Notes: generated by a model not told the origin, from the sequence alone. Counted from the first letter of the stretch, positions 21,031 through 30,049 are shown. The stretch: DNA of 64,000 bases from Minisyncoccota bacterium (GCA_032249155.1 JAVVGJ010000002.1:10836-74835); one strand, 5' to 3'. Numbers and translations: made by a program.

Positions 21031-22350
21031 TCACCTAAGATAATTAAAATTTTTTAAAAGTTTATAAAAGTCTTTTTTACTTTTTTCGTTTTCTACAGTT
21101 AAAGAAAAACAAAAATTTTTATTAAATAAAAACTTAGCTTTCTTATTTATTTCTTCAAAATTTGGTTTTGGAGGAATTAATTTTATTAGAAAATCTTTAA
21201 GATCAATTTTTTTAAACTCTTTGAGAAAGTAAAGATAAAAATTAGCATAAAACCTACTTAGGTTAACAGGATTTTCAAAATACATAAGCATTTCGCTAAT
21301 TTCAGAATTATAAGCTATTTCAATTTCTTCTTTGCTAAAGCCATCTTTTTTAATTTTTTCTATTTCTTCAAAAATAGCTTGAATACCTTCTAAAAACTTT
21401 TCTTTTTTAATTCCTGAGGCAATAAAGAATATAAGTCTATTGTAATTATAGAGAAGATAAGATTCAATATAATAAACCAGACCAAGTTCATCTCTTATTT
21501 TAGAAAAAAGTCTGTTTTTGCTTCCAGCTCCCAAAATTCTATTAACTGTAAAAAAATCTATGAAAAATTTATTTTTGACCAAATCTTTAAAACCGTAAAC
21601 TGGCATAAATGTTCCCATAGAAAAATAAACTTGATTTATTTCTTTATCTATTTCGAAATGTGTTTTTTTAGGAGGAATAATATTTATAAAAGGAAGAAAA
21701 AAGTTTTTACCTTGAGGTAAATCTTTAAAGTTTTCTTCAATTAATTTTTTTGTTCTTTTTATGTTTTCTATTTTGCCGACAGCAATAAAAAGAGAGTTTT
21801 GAGCATTATAAAATTTTTGATGATACCTTAAAAGATTTTTTCTATTTATATTTTTAATAGTTTCTTCTCTGCCAGCAACATCTTCTCCCCAAATTTTGTT
21901 TTTAAAAAGAGTTCTCATAAGATTAAGAAAATTCTTTTTCATTCTATCATCATTTGACATCTTAATCTCTTCTAAAATAATGCTCTTTTCTTTTTCTATA
22001 TCTTCCTCTTTAAATAAGGGATTTTTAATTAAATCTGAAAGAAGAAAAATTGACCTTTCTTGAAACTTGGAAAGGGTTTTAATATAGTAATGAGTTTGTG
22101 TTTGATATGTTTCTCCATTGTAAATAGCAGCCATTTTTTCCAATTCTTCTCTTACTCTTTCTACTGAGGGAAAATTTTTAGAACCACGAAAAACCATATG
22201 TTCAAGAAAATGGGAAATACCTAATTCTTTTTTGTTTTCATAATCTGTGCCTAACTTTACATAAAAACTAAAAGTAGTGCTTTCAAAATCTTCTTTAGGA
22301 AAAAGAAGACATCTTAAGCCGTTTTTTAATCTAAAAAGTTCAATTTTCAT
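21031..22350 (-). CDS. M16 family zinc peptidase
   Basis: GISHFLEHMVFRGS (HxxEH); RLFSKIRDELGLVY. Confidence 0.92.
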   Translation of the reverse strand: MKIELFRLKNGLRCLLFPKEDFESTTFSFYVKLGTDYENKKELGISHFLEHMVFRGSKNFPSVERVREELEKMAAIYNGETYQTQTHYYIKTLSKFQERSIFLLSDLIKNPLFKEEDIEKEKSIILEEIKMSNDDRMKKNFLNLMRTLFKNKIWGEDVAGREETIKNINRKNLLRYHQKFYNAQNSLFIAVGKIENIKRTKKLIEENFKDLPQGKNFFLPFINIIPPKKTHFEIDKEINQVYFSMGTFMPVYGFKDLVKNKFFIDFFTVNRILGAGSKNRLFSKIRDELGLVYYIESYLLYNYNRLIFFIASGIKKEKFLEGIQAIFEEIEKIKKDGFSKEEIEIAYNSEISEMLMYFENPVNLSRFYANFYLYFLKEFKKIDLKDFLIKLIPPKPNFEEINKKAKFLFNKNFCFSLTVENEKSKKDFYKLLKNFNYLR

Positions 22351-22590
22351 TTATTTTTCTAAAACAGATGCTTTTTTGAGAATACTTTTTGCTGTTTCGC
22401 TAAGTTTGGCTCCATTTTTTAAATAAAATTCAATTAAATCTTTTTTAAATTCTCCTTTCTTAAGATATGGATTCCACCAACCTAAAACTTGAATCACCTT
22501 TCCATTGAGCTTCCATCTTTTATCTTGAAGAACTAATCTAAAAATTTTTTGATTTTTTTTACCTATTTTTTGAAATCTTATCACTAACAT
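22351..22590 (-). CDS. rpsP: 30S ribosomal protein S16
   Basis: MLVIRF..IGKKNQ..FRLV, LGWWNP, GAKLSET; start placed at the second Met. Confidence 0.93.
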   Translation of the reverse strand: MLVIRFQKIGKKNQKIFRLVLQDKRWKLNGKVIQVLGWWNPYLKKGEFKKDLIEFYLKNGAKLSETAKSILKKASVLEK

Positions 22591-22591
22591 T

Positions 22592-22942
22592 TTAAACAAA
22601 TTCTATAATTGCCATTTCGGCATTATCTTTTATTCTGTTAAAAGGAAGTTTAACGACCCTCACATAACCGCCTTCTCTTTCTTTATATTTAGGAGCAATA
22701 TCATAAAAAAGTTTATAAGCTGATTTTTTAGGAAGTTTAGATAAAAGGTATCTTAAGGCGCTTAAATCTCCCTTTTTAGCTTTAGAAACAAGTCTTTCAA
22801 TAAAACTTTTTAAAACTTTAGCTCTTTGTGTTGTTGTTTTAATTTTTTGGTTCATAATAAGATGGTGCGCCATGATTTTAAAAAGTGCTTTTCTTTTATC
22901 TCTCTTTAATCCAAATTTTTTACCTTTTTTTAATTTTCTCAT
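22592..22942 (-). CDS. rplQ: 50S ribosomal protein L17
   Basis: IKTT..RAK, REGGYVR, DNAEMAIIE. Confidence 0.96.
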   Translation of the reverse strand: MRKLKKGKKFGLKRDKRKALFKIMAHHLIMNQKIKTTTQRAKVLKSFIERLVSKAKKGDLSALRYLLSKLPKKSAYKLFYDIAPKYKEREGGYVRVVKLPFNRIKDNAEMAIIEFV

Positions 22943-23634
22943 TCTTTTATTTTCAAAGTCTCAAAATAATTAATAAGAATCTCAATAGCTTCATTAATGG
23001 CTTCTACAGGCGATTTAGTACCATCTGTTTCTACAGTTATCCTTAAAAGATCAAAGTCGGTTCTTTCCAAATATCTTACATTTTCAACTTCATAGCTAAC
23101 ATTAACAACTGGTGAAAAATTAGCATCTAAATAAAGTTCTCCTATTTTAGGTTTTTCTTTAGAAAGATTTTCTGATAAAACGTAACCTCTTCCTTTTTCA
23201 ACTGTAAGATACATTTTAAGCTCTGCATCTTCACTTGTCAAAGTGGCAATATGAACCTCTGGGTTAACTATTTCTACCCCAGCTACTTTTTCAATATCTT
23301 TTGCTTTGATTTCTTTTTTACCCTTTGCTTCAAGTTTAAGCTCTACAGGATAATCTAAATCCATTTTAATTCTTATTTTCTTCAAATTAAGCAAAATATC
23401 TAAAATATCCTCATAAACACCTGGCAAAGTGGAAAATTCATGTTCTACTCCTTCTATTCTTACTTTAGTAATTGCTGATCCTAAAAGAGATGAAAGTAAG
23501 ACTCTTCTTAAAGCATTTCCTAGGGTTACTCCGAAACCAGGAAAAAGTGGTTTAATCTCAAAAGTGGCCTTTTTTTCTTCATACAATATGGGTTTTGGTT
23601 TTTCTGGAAAAACTAAATCGTTGATAATTGACAT
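22939..23634 (-). CDS. rpoA: RNA polymerase alpha subunit (NTD only, 231 aa)
   Basis: GFGVTLGNALRRVLLSSL, HEFS, GRGYV, DANFSPV; between rpsD and rplQ. Confidence 0.95.
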   Translation of the reverse strand: MSIINDLVFPEKPKPILYEEKKATFEIKPLFPGFGVTLGNALRRVLLSSLLGSAITKVRIEGVEHEFSTLPGVYEDILDILLNLKKIRIKMDLDYPVELKLEAKGKKEIKAKDIEKVAGVEIVNPEVHIATLTSEDAELKMYLTVEKGRGYVLSENLSKEKPKIGELYLDANFSPVVNVSYEVENVRYLERTDFDLLRITVETDGTKSPVEAINEAIEILINYFETLKIKE

Positions 23635-23649
23635 TTTTTATTTTATAAA

Positions 23650-24270
23650 TTACTGACGACTATAAAAGTCAATAACCATGTTTAAATTGAAGTTATGTTG
23701 AATTTCTTCATATTGAGGTAAGCGTAAAACTTTAGCTTTAAATGTATTTTTATCAATTTCTAGCCATGAAGGCGGGTTATAATTTTTTAATCTTTCTGCT
23801 AAATCCTTAAATGGTTCTATATCTCTGCTTTGTGGTCTAATTTCAATAACATCACCAGGATTAACTAAATAAGATGGCACTTTAAGTCTTCTTCCGTTAA
23901 CTAAAAAATGGCCGTGTGATACAAGTTGGCGAGCTTGAAGTTTATGTGGCGTATAACCCAATCTCCAAATAACATTATCTAATCTTCTTTCTAAAATTTC
24001 TAAAAGAGCTTCAGGAGCTGCCCTTTTTTGTTTTTTAGCCATCTCTACATATCTTTTCATTTGGTTTTCATTAGCTAAATAGAAAAACTTGAGTCTTTGT
24101 TTTTCCATAAGTTGTCTTCCATAAAGTGAAAGAGCTTTTGGTTTTCTTCCATGCATTCCCGGTCTTGTTCTTCTTCTTGATAAAGCACATTTATGAGACA
24201 AGCATCTTTCATTCAAACCAAGCTTAATTCCAAATCTTCGACAATATTTGCACTTTGGTCCTAATCTCAT
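23650..24270 (-). CDS. rpsD: 30S ribosomal protein S4
   Basis: LERRLDNV, ARQLVSHGH, N-terminal CxxC. Confidence 0.96.
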   Translation of the reverse strand: MRLGPKCKYCRRFGIKLGLNERCLSHKCALSRRRTRPGMHGRKPKALSLYGRQLMEKQRLKFFYLANENQMKRYVEMAKKQKRAAPEALLEILERRLDNVIWRLGYTPHKLQARQLVSHGHFLVNGRRLKVPSYLVNPGDVIEIRPQSRDIEPFKDLAERLKNYNPPSWLEIDKNTFKAKVLRLPQYEEIQHNFNLNMVIDFYSRQ

Positions 24271-24272
24271 TT

Positions 24273-24716
24273 TTAAACTCTTCTTGGTTTTGGTTTTGTC
24301 GGCCCTCCAAAAGGAACAGGAGTAATATCAGCAATATAAGTAATATTTAAATCCTTGCTAAAAAGAACTCTTAAAGCAGATTCTCTTCCTGGTCCTATAC
24401 CTTTAACGAAAACTTTAATTTCATCAATATTAAAATCTTTCATTTTATCCAAAAGAACTTCCATAGCTTTTTGCCCGCCAAAAGGTGTTCCTTTTTTAGT
24501 ATTTTTAAGACCAGCATGACCAGCAGAAGACCAAAGAATAACATTTCCATTATCATCAGTTAAGGTGATAATAGTGTTATTAAAATGAGAATTAATATAA
24601 ATCCTTGCTGTTTTAAGATAGAGCTTTTTCTTTTTCTTAGTTTTAGAAGCTTCAGAAACTTCTTCTTTTTTAATCTCTTCTTCTCCTGTAATTTGTTTTG
24701 TTCTTGTTTTACCCAT
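24273..24716 (-). CDS. rpsK: 30S ribosomal protein S11
   Basis: FNNTIITLTD, KKGTPF, GPGRESA, DITP; start placed at MGKTRT. Confidence 0.95.
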   Translation of the reverse strand: MGKTRTKQITGEEEIKKEEVSEASKTKKKKKLYLKTARIYINSHFNNTIITLTDDNGNVILWSSAGHAGLKNTKKGTPFGGQKAMEVLLDKMKDFNIDEIKVFVKGIGPGRESALRVLFSKDLNITYIADITPVPFGGPTKPKPRRV

Positions 24717-24717
24717 T

Positions 24718-25110
24718 TTATCTCTTACCTGCACCGGCTTTTCTTCTAGCACCGGTAGCTACTGTCTTACGAGGACCTTTTCTTGTTCTAGCGTTTGACC
24801 TTGTTCTTTGACCTCTTACAGGAAGTTTCTTCACATGCCTAATACCTCGATAACAGTTGATATCAATAAGTCTTTTAATATTAGCTTGAACCTCTCTTCT
24901 TAAATCTCCTTCAACTTTAAAATTTTCTTCAATATACTTTTCAATTCTATTAATTTCTTCGGCAGTAAGCTCACCAACTTTTTTCATAGGATCAATTTGC
25001 GTTGCCAAACAAATTTTTTTAGCCAAAGAAAGACCTATCCCATAAATCCTGGGAAGAGCGAAAACAATTCTTTTATTTTCTGGAAGATCTACTCCTACAA
25101 TTCTAGCCAT
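24718..25110 (-). CDS. rpsM: 30S ribosomal protein S13
   Basis: [20 protein letters not shown]. Confidence 0.97.
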   Translation of the reverse strand: MARIVGVDLPENKRIVFALPRIYGIGLSLAKKICLATQIDPMKKVGELTAEEINRIEKYIEENFKVEGDLRREVQANIKRLIDINCYRGIRHVKKLPVRGQRTRSNARTRKGPRKTVATGARRKAGAGKR

Positions 25111-25112
25111 TT

Positions 25113-25226
25113 TTATCCTTGTCTTTGTTTATGTTTGGGGTTTTCACAAATAACGTAACGATAAACCCCTCTTTTAACAATTTTACACTTATGACACCTT
25201 TTTTTAATTGATGGTTTGACCTTCAT
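25113..25226 (-). CDS. rpmJ: 50S ribosomal protein L36
   Basis: Not in ORF track; manual translation [37 protein letters not shown]. Confidence 0.96.
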   Translation of the reverse strand: MKVKPSIKKRCHKCKIVKRGVYRYVICENPKHKQRQG

Positions 25227-25269
25227 TTTTTAAACGAAAAATAAAAATAGCAAGGAAAGAATATTTAAA

Positions 25270-25278
25270 ATTATACCA
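25270..25278 (-). promoter_or_regulatory. Extended -10 promoter of the rpmJ-rpsM-rpsK-rpsD-rpoA-rplQ operon
   Basis: TGGTATAAT in the divergent intergenic region. Confidence 0.6.
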
Positions 25279-25292
25279 TAAAATAAAATAAA

Positions 25293-26501
25293 ATGGCAAG
25301 GATCTTATTTTTTATAATCGATGGTTTTGCCGATAAGCCACAAAAATTTACTCCTCTTAGATTAGCTAAAAAGGAATTTTTAGAAAAATTATTAAAAGAA
25401 AAGAGTTTGTCTCTTTATAGATTTTTACCCTTAGAAAAAAATTATTGGCCTAAATTGGGACAAAGAAGCGTTACGGGTTTAGCAAATTTGGGTATTTTGG
25501 GATATAAAATAAAACCTGAAAAATTTAAAAGAGGTCCTTTTGAGGCTTTGGGAAGTGATATAGATTATAAAGAAGGAAATTTAGCTTTAAGAGTTGATTT
25601 TGCTTATGTTAATGAAAATTTAATTGTTTTAGATAGAAGAGCCGGAAGAAATACTTACGGCTTAGATAGATTAACCAATGAAATCAATAATTTAAAATTT
25701 GAAGTACCTTTTAAGTTCTATCATACTTATGGTCATAGAGGAGTTTTAATTTTTGAAAAAAACCTCTCAGAAAAAATTTCAGATTCAGATCCTTACGAAA
25801 AAAATAGAAAAGTAAAAAAAATAAGGCCGCTTTCTAAAGACAAAAAATCAGTTTATACAGCAAAAATTTTATGGAAATTTTTACTTTTAACACATGAAAT
25901 TTTACATAAAAGCTCTGTGAATAAAGAAAGAATAAAAAAAGGACTTCTTCCGGCAAACTTTCTTTTAACAAGAGAAGCAGGAAATAAATTTCCAAAACTT
26001 AAAAATTTCTTTAAGATAAATAGAATAAAAAACGGACTGGTAATAGCTGAAAATGGAGCTTTAAAAGGTGGATGTAAGCTAGCAGGTTTTAATTCTTTGA
26101 CTTTGCCTGAAATAGAAAATCTTGAAGAAAGATATAAATTCTATTTTGAAAAAATTTTAGAAAATTTAAAAAATTATGATCTCCTTTACATTCATATAAA
26201 AGAGGCTGACGAAGCTAGTCATGATAAAAACTTTCAAAAGAAAAAAGAATTTTTCGAATTTTTTGACAACTGGTTTGAAAAATTATTTTTAGAAATAAAA
26301 AAAGAAGAGGACCCCTTTTTTGTTATTACTGGTGATCATATAACTGACACAAAAACAGGAAAACACCTTTGGGGTCCTCTTCCTTTGATTTTGATAAAAA
26401 GCAAAGAAACAAAAAACGAACCTAAAGAAATAAGCGAATTAGAATCTCTAAAATTTCCTCTTATAAAGCCAAAGAAACTTTGGAAAATGTTAACAAAATA
26501 G
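25293..26501 (+). CDS. apgM: Cofactor-independent phosphoglycerate mutase, ApgM (archaeal-type) family
   Basis: IIDGFAD, TPLRLA, RGPFEALG, DRRAGR, ISDSDP, HIKEADEASHD, TGDH. Confidence 0.82.
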   Translation: MARILFFIIDGFADKPQKFTPLRLAKKEFLEKLLKEKSLSLYRFLPLEKNYWPKLGQRSVTGLANLGILGYKIKPEKFKRGPFEALGSDIDYKEGNLALRVDFAYVNENLIVLDRRAGRNTYGLDRLTNEINNLKFEVPFKFYHTYGHRGVLIFEKNLSEKISDSDPYEKNRKVKKIRPLSKDKKSVYTAKILWKFLLLTHEILHKSSVNKERIKKGLLPANFLLTREAGNKFPKLKNFFKINRIKNGLVIAENGALKGGCKLAGFNSLTLPEIENLEERYKFYFEKILENLKNYDLLYIHIKEADEASHDKNFQKKKEFFEFFDNWFEKLFLEIKKEEDPFFVITGDHITDTKTGKHLWGPLPLILIKSKETKNEPKEISELESLKFPLIKPKKLWKMLTK

Positions 26502-26504
26502 ATT

Positions 26505-27959
26505 TTATTTAGCTTCTTCTTTTTTCTTCAAAAATCTATACCACATATAAATGTTGATAAGAAGAATCAAAAGAAGAAGGAGAAGCCAAAAGTTTTGGAA
26601 GATGCCGCCTATAAAACCTAAAAGAGGGGAAAGAAAGTTACTTCTTGTTTTTACTTCTAAATTACCATCATAATCATAATTAGCTCCTGGTGTTTTAAGA
26701 TCTATCTTAAAAGCATAAACTCCCTCTTTGACATCACAAGTAGGATTAACTTCCCATTTAACTAAAGTTGTAGAACGAGGTTTTAATATTAAAACTTTAG
26801 GATTAGGTTTAAACCAGTTTTCAGCATCTCCATAAACAGTTAAAGTAACCTTTCTGTTAACTGAAGTATTATTAACTAAAGTAACTTGAATTTCATTTTT
26901 TTCACAAGAGTAAACAAGATAAGATGAGTCTAAGAGAACGTCAACTAGTCTTGCTTGAGAAGTTAATATTGGCACATTTTGAGTAACAACTCTTGTTCTA
27001 GTTACAAAAACATTTCTGCCAACATTTATAAGAATTTCTTTAGAAGCCGAAGCACCTTGATTGTCTGTCACAGTAAGTTTTATTCTGTATGTTCCTGAAG
27101 CTAAAGCACGAGAAAAAGTTTTATTTGTAGAAGCGATTTCTCCATTAACTCTCCATTCATAAAAAACGATGTAACCATCGGGATCATAAGAGTTAGAAGC
27201 ATCAAAGGTAACGATAGTTCCTGGGAGAATGGTTTCAGGTGTAAAAGCAATTATAGGAACCGGAGATTGATTTGTAAGTAAAGGATTTATAGTAATCGGG
27301 AATGATGGTCCAGAAGAAACGTTAACTGAGCAAGTAGCAAATTGTGTTTGGCTTCCTGAAGTAACAACTAATGTAGCTGTATAAGTTCCTGGAGAAGAAA
27401 ATGATCGAGAACAAGTTGAAGAAAAACCGCTGCAAGCACCTGACCAAGAATAAGAATAAACACCAGTGCCACCACTTACGTTAGCATAAAAAGTTACTGT
27501 TTGATTTAAATTAGCTGGATTAGGTGAAGCATAACAGGAAACGTAAAGTGATGCTCCGCATTGGGTTCTAAAAGAATAAGTTTGTCCATAATTTGTTCCT
27601 CCAGAATTTCTGGAAACAGCTCGGTAATAATATGTTTGACATGGTTGAAGACCTGAAATCTGAGAGCAGAATCTATAGGGAGTATAAGAAACATAAAGAG
27701 ATTGAGATGGGGTTTGATTACCTAAACTAGGAGAAGTTCCCCATTCAAACCAAGCAGTTATATTTGGATCACCACCATTATCTTGAATTTCACCAACTAA
27801 AGTTGCCCAGGTATCACCATATTGAGTATTTCCTGGGCATGACTGAGCTAAAGAGAAAAGATAAGGCAAAAACAAAATAGCTGCTAAAATTATTAAGAAT
27901 TTTTTGTTTTTTATGTTTTTTATTTTAACCATTGTTTTAAAATTTAAGCTTAATTTCAT
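26505..27959 (-). CDS. Membrane-anchored surface protein: signal peptide, FN3-like, two PKD-like domains, Ig-like domain, C-terminal TM (putative filament anchor)
   Basis: ATLVGEI..WFEWG..GLQPCQTYYYRAV; FDASNSYDPDG..YEW; C-terminal FWLLLLLLILLI..KKK. Start at 27959 or 27932, downstream of the internal promoter, rather than 28013. Confidence 0.8.
   Translation of the reverse strand: MKLSLNFKTMVKIKNIKNKKFLIILAAILFLPYLFSLAQSCPGNTQYGDTWATLVGEIQDNGGDPNITAWFEWGTSPSLGNQTPSQSLYVSYTPYRFCSQISGLQPCQTYYYRAVSRNSGGTNYGQTYSFRTQCGASLYVSCYASPNPANLNQTVTFYANVSGGTGVYSYSWSGACSGFSSTCSRSFSSPGTYTATLVVTSGSQTQFATCSVNVSSGPSFPITINPLLTNQSPVPIIAFTPETILPGTIVTFDASNSYDPDGYIVFYEWRVNGEIASTNKTFSRALASGTYRIKLTVTDNQGASASKEILINVGRNVFVTRTRVVTQNVPILTSQARLVDVLLDSSYLVYSCEKNEIQVTLVNNTSVNRKVTLTVYGDAENWFKPNPKVLILKPRSTTLVKWEVNPTCDVKEGVYAFKIDLKTPGANYDYDGNLEVKTRSNFLSPLLGFIGGIFQNFWLLLLLLILLINIYMWYRFLKKKEEAK
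27372..27821. repeat. 450-bp direct repeat, copy 1
   Basis: Reads identical to 28533-28982 (offset 1161); identical shadow ORFs in the track agree. Confidence 0.92.
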
Positions 27960-27965
27960 ATTATA

Positions 27966-27994
27966 ATTATAAATCATTTTTAATAAATTGTCAA
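27966..27994 (-). promoter_or_regulatory. Consensus sigma70 promoter for the anchor gene
   Basis: TTGACA-17 nt-TATAAT. Confidence 0.8.
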
Positions 27995-27997
27995 TAC

Positions 27998-28408
27998 TTA
28001 AAAAATAATCCATTTTAATATATTTTTTTTATAGCTTTTGTTATTTTTTGAAGAAGTATCTTTACATAAAGTCTTTATGCTTTTAGTTTCTCCATAATTT
28101 GTACCAGCAGAATTTTTAGCAGCAGCTCTATAATAATAAACTGTGCAAGGTTTAAGGTTATTTTCTCTTAAGCAGAAAATTTTAGGTTCTCTAAGTTCTA
28201 GTTCTTTTGTCTTTTTGTCTAAGTTTTCTTTTTTTAATCCATACTCAAACCAAACAATAACTTTTTCATCACCTCCAAGTCCATCTAATTTACCTACAAA
28301 ATCAATATAATTCCTACCAGGTGTTGTTTTGGGCGGACAAACTTCAGCAAAAGCAAATCCTGAAAAAACAAAAATCGTTAAAAGAAGAAATATTAAAAAC
28401 TTTTTCAT
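27998..28408 (-). CDS. Small secreted single FN3-like domain protein
   Basis: Signal peptide ending AFA; VWFEYG, LKPCTVYYYRAAAKNSAGTNYG; same four Cys as its paralogues. Confidence 0.8.
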   Translation of the reverse strand: MKKFLIFLLLTIFVFSGFAFAEVCPPKTTPGRNYIDFVGKLDGLGGDEKVIVWFEYGLKKENLDKKTKELELREPKIFCLRENNLKPCTVYYYRAAAKNSAGTNYGETKSIKTLCKDTSSKNNKSYKKNILKWIIF

Positions 28409-28421
28409 TTTTATTCAACGC

Positions 28422-29090
28422 TTATAAAGTAGTGACTGGAGGTAAAGTAATAACTACTGGTGGCCTTACTGGTTGATTAATCGTTACTGAACAAGAAGCA
28501 GATTGAGTTTGGCTTCCTGAAGTAACAGTCACTGTAGCTGTATAAGTTCCTGGAGAAGAAAATGATCGAGAACAAGTTGAAGAAAAACCGCTGCAAGCAC
28601 CTGACCAAGAATAAGAATAAACACCAGTGCCACCACTTACGTTAGCATAAAAAGTTACTGTTTGATTTAAATTAGCTGGATTAGGTGAAGCATAACAGGA
28701 AACGTAAAGTGATGCTCCGCATTGGGTTCTAAAAGAATAAGTTTGTCCATAATTTGTTCCTCCAGAATTTCTGGAAACAGCTCGGTAATAATATGTTTGA
28801 CATGGTTGAAGACCTGAAATCTGAGAGCAGAATCTATAGGGAGTATAAGAAACATAAAGAGATTGAGATGGGGTTTGATTACCTAAACTAGGAGAAGTTC
28901 CCCATTCAAACCAAGCAGTTATATTTGGATCACCACCATTATCTTGAATTTCACCAACTAAAGTTGCCCAGGTATCACCATAAGTTGTTTGAGAAGGACA
29001 AGAAATTTGAGCAGATGTTTTCTTTTGAAAAAGATAAAATGTTAATAAAAGACCTGTAAGAATTGTTAGAAGAAAAATTAACTTTTTCAT
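28422..29090 (-). CDS. Secreted FN3-like plus PKD-like protein with C-terminal PPVVITLPPVTTL tail (putative filament shaft)
   Basis: Signal peptide; 150 aa identical to the anchor protein; no C-terminal TM anchor. Confidence 0.82.
   Translation of the reverse strand: MKKLIFLLTILTGLLLTFYLFQKKTSAQISCPSQTTYGDTWATLVGEIQDNGGDPNITAWFEWGTSPSLGNQTPSQSLYVSYTPYRFCSQISGLQPCQTYYYRAVSRNSGGTNYGQTYSFRTQCGASLYVSCYASPNPANLNQTVTFYANVSGGTGVYSYSWSGACSGFSSTCSRSFSSPGTYTATVTVTSGSQTQSASCSVTINQPVRPPVVITLPPVTTL
28533..28982. repeat. 450-bp direct repeat, copy 2
   Basis: Reads identical to 27372-27821. Confidence 0.92.
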
Positions 29091-29103
29091 GGTTTTTTAA
29101 AAT

Positions 29104-29886
29104 TTAATAAGTAATGATCGGTGGTAAAGTAATAACAAGTGGCGGAAGTAAGCGATTAATAGTAAAAGTAACAGATTTTCTACATTCTTGAGAACAATTA
29201 TTAATATCTCCAACGCAATGTTTCCAAATTCTTGTCCAAGTAAATGTACCAGAAGTATAAGCTTTACACTTTGTTTCCCAACCAAAAATAGTTTCAGTAC
29301 AATTCATTACTCCTCCAGAAAATTCATTTCTCCACCAAGTAGAAGCATCTCCTGCTGTAACTTTAAAAGTTATCCAATCACCAACATTAGAAGGATTAGG
29401 AATAACAGAAAGTTGAACTTCATTTTCATTACATTGAATTTGACCTCCACCACCGCTGCCGCCGCCACCTGAAGTTCCTGACCACCAAACTATATAACCT
29501 TTAAGGTTAGAACCGTCACATGACCATCCACCTCCAGATCTACAATCTTTATTAAAGACATCGATCTGAACAGTCTTATCAGATCCTACAGAAGCATAAT
29601 TTTTTACATAAGCAGTGCTTCCAGGACCTAATTTAACTTCATTGCTTCGGCATTCTATTTGTCTTCCTGAACAAGTATAAACAAAAATCCATTCACCACT
29701 TCTAGCAGTGCATTTACCTGTAATCATATCACATATAGCATCACAAGCATAAAAATTTGCTGTTGTTCCCGTACCGCATAAATTAGTATACTCTCCACCA
29801 AAGGGAGGCGTATAGCCAGCAAATACAAGTTGATATAAAGTTAAAGATAAAAAGAGGAAAGTTATAAAAAAATAAAATTTTTTCAT
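29104..29886 (-). CDS. Secreted Cys-rich protein with GGGGSGGGG linker, PKD-like domain and C-terminal PPLVITLPPIITY tail (putative filament tip)
   Basis: Start placed at MKKFYFF (signal peptide ending VFA); 14 Cys; the longer tracked ORF runs into tRNA-His. Confidence 0.8.
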   Translation of the reverse strand: MKKFYFFITFLFLSLTLYQLVFAGYTPPFGGEYTNLCGTGTTANFYACDAICDMITGKCTARSGEWIFVYTCSGRQIECRSNEVKLGPGSTAYVKNYASVGSDKTVQIDVFNKDCRSGGGWSCDGSNLKGYIVWWSGTSGGGGSGGGGQIQCNENEVQLSVIPNPSNVGDWITFKVTAGDASTWWRNEFSGGVMNCTETIFGWETKCKAYTSGTFTWTRIWKHCVGDINNCSQECRKSVTFTINRLLPPLVITLPPIITY

Positions 29887-29928
29887 TTTTTTAATTTTAT
29901 TTATAATTTTAATTACTGACTTAATTAG

Positions 29929-29957
29929 ATTATAGCATACAATATATTTTGTGTCAA
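29929..29957 (-). promoter_or_regulatory. Perfect sigma70 promoter with extended -10 for the surface protein cluster
   Basis: TTGACA-caaaatatattgtaTGc-TATAAT (17-nt spacer), abutting the tRNA-His 3' end. Confidence 0.88.
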
Positions 29958-29958
29958 G

Positions 29959-30033
29959 GGTGGGCGACCGGGCTCGAACCGGCAACCTGAGGCTCCACAG
30001 GCCTCCGCTCTAACCAATTGAGCTACGCCCACC
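29959..30033 (-). tRNA. tRNA-His(GTG)
   Basis: Encoded G-1 opposite C73, GAGGC-CT-GTG-GA-GCCTC, GGTTCGAGC. Confidence 0.95.
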
Positions 30034-30049
30034 ATATAGCTATATTTTT

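Noticed and set aside
27506-28855. Two identical 62-aa ORFs
   Set aside because: Alternate-frame by-products of the 450-bp repeat
27372-28982. Diversity-generating retroelement template/variable repeat pair
   Set aside because: The copies show no adenine-specific differences and there is no reverse transcriptase in the window
29887-29985. N-terminal extension of the 293-aa ORF
   Set aside because: Overlaps tRNA-His and the promoter; the signal peptide starts at 29886
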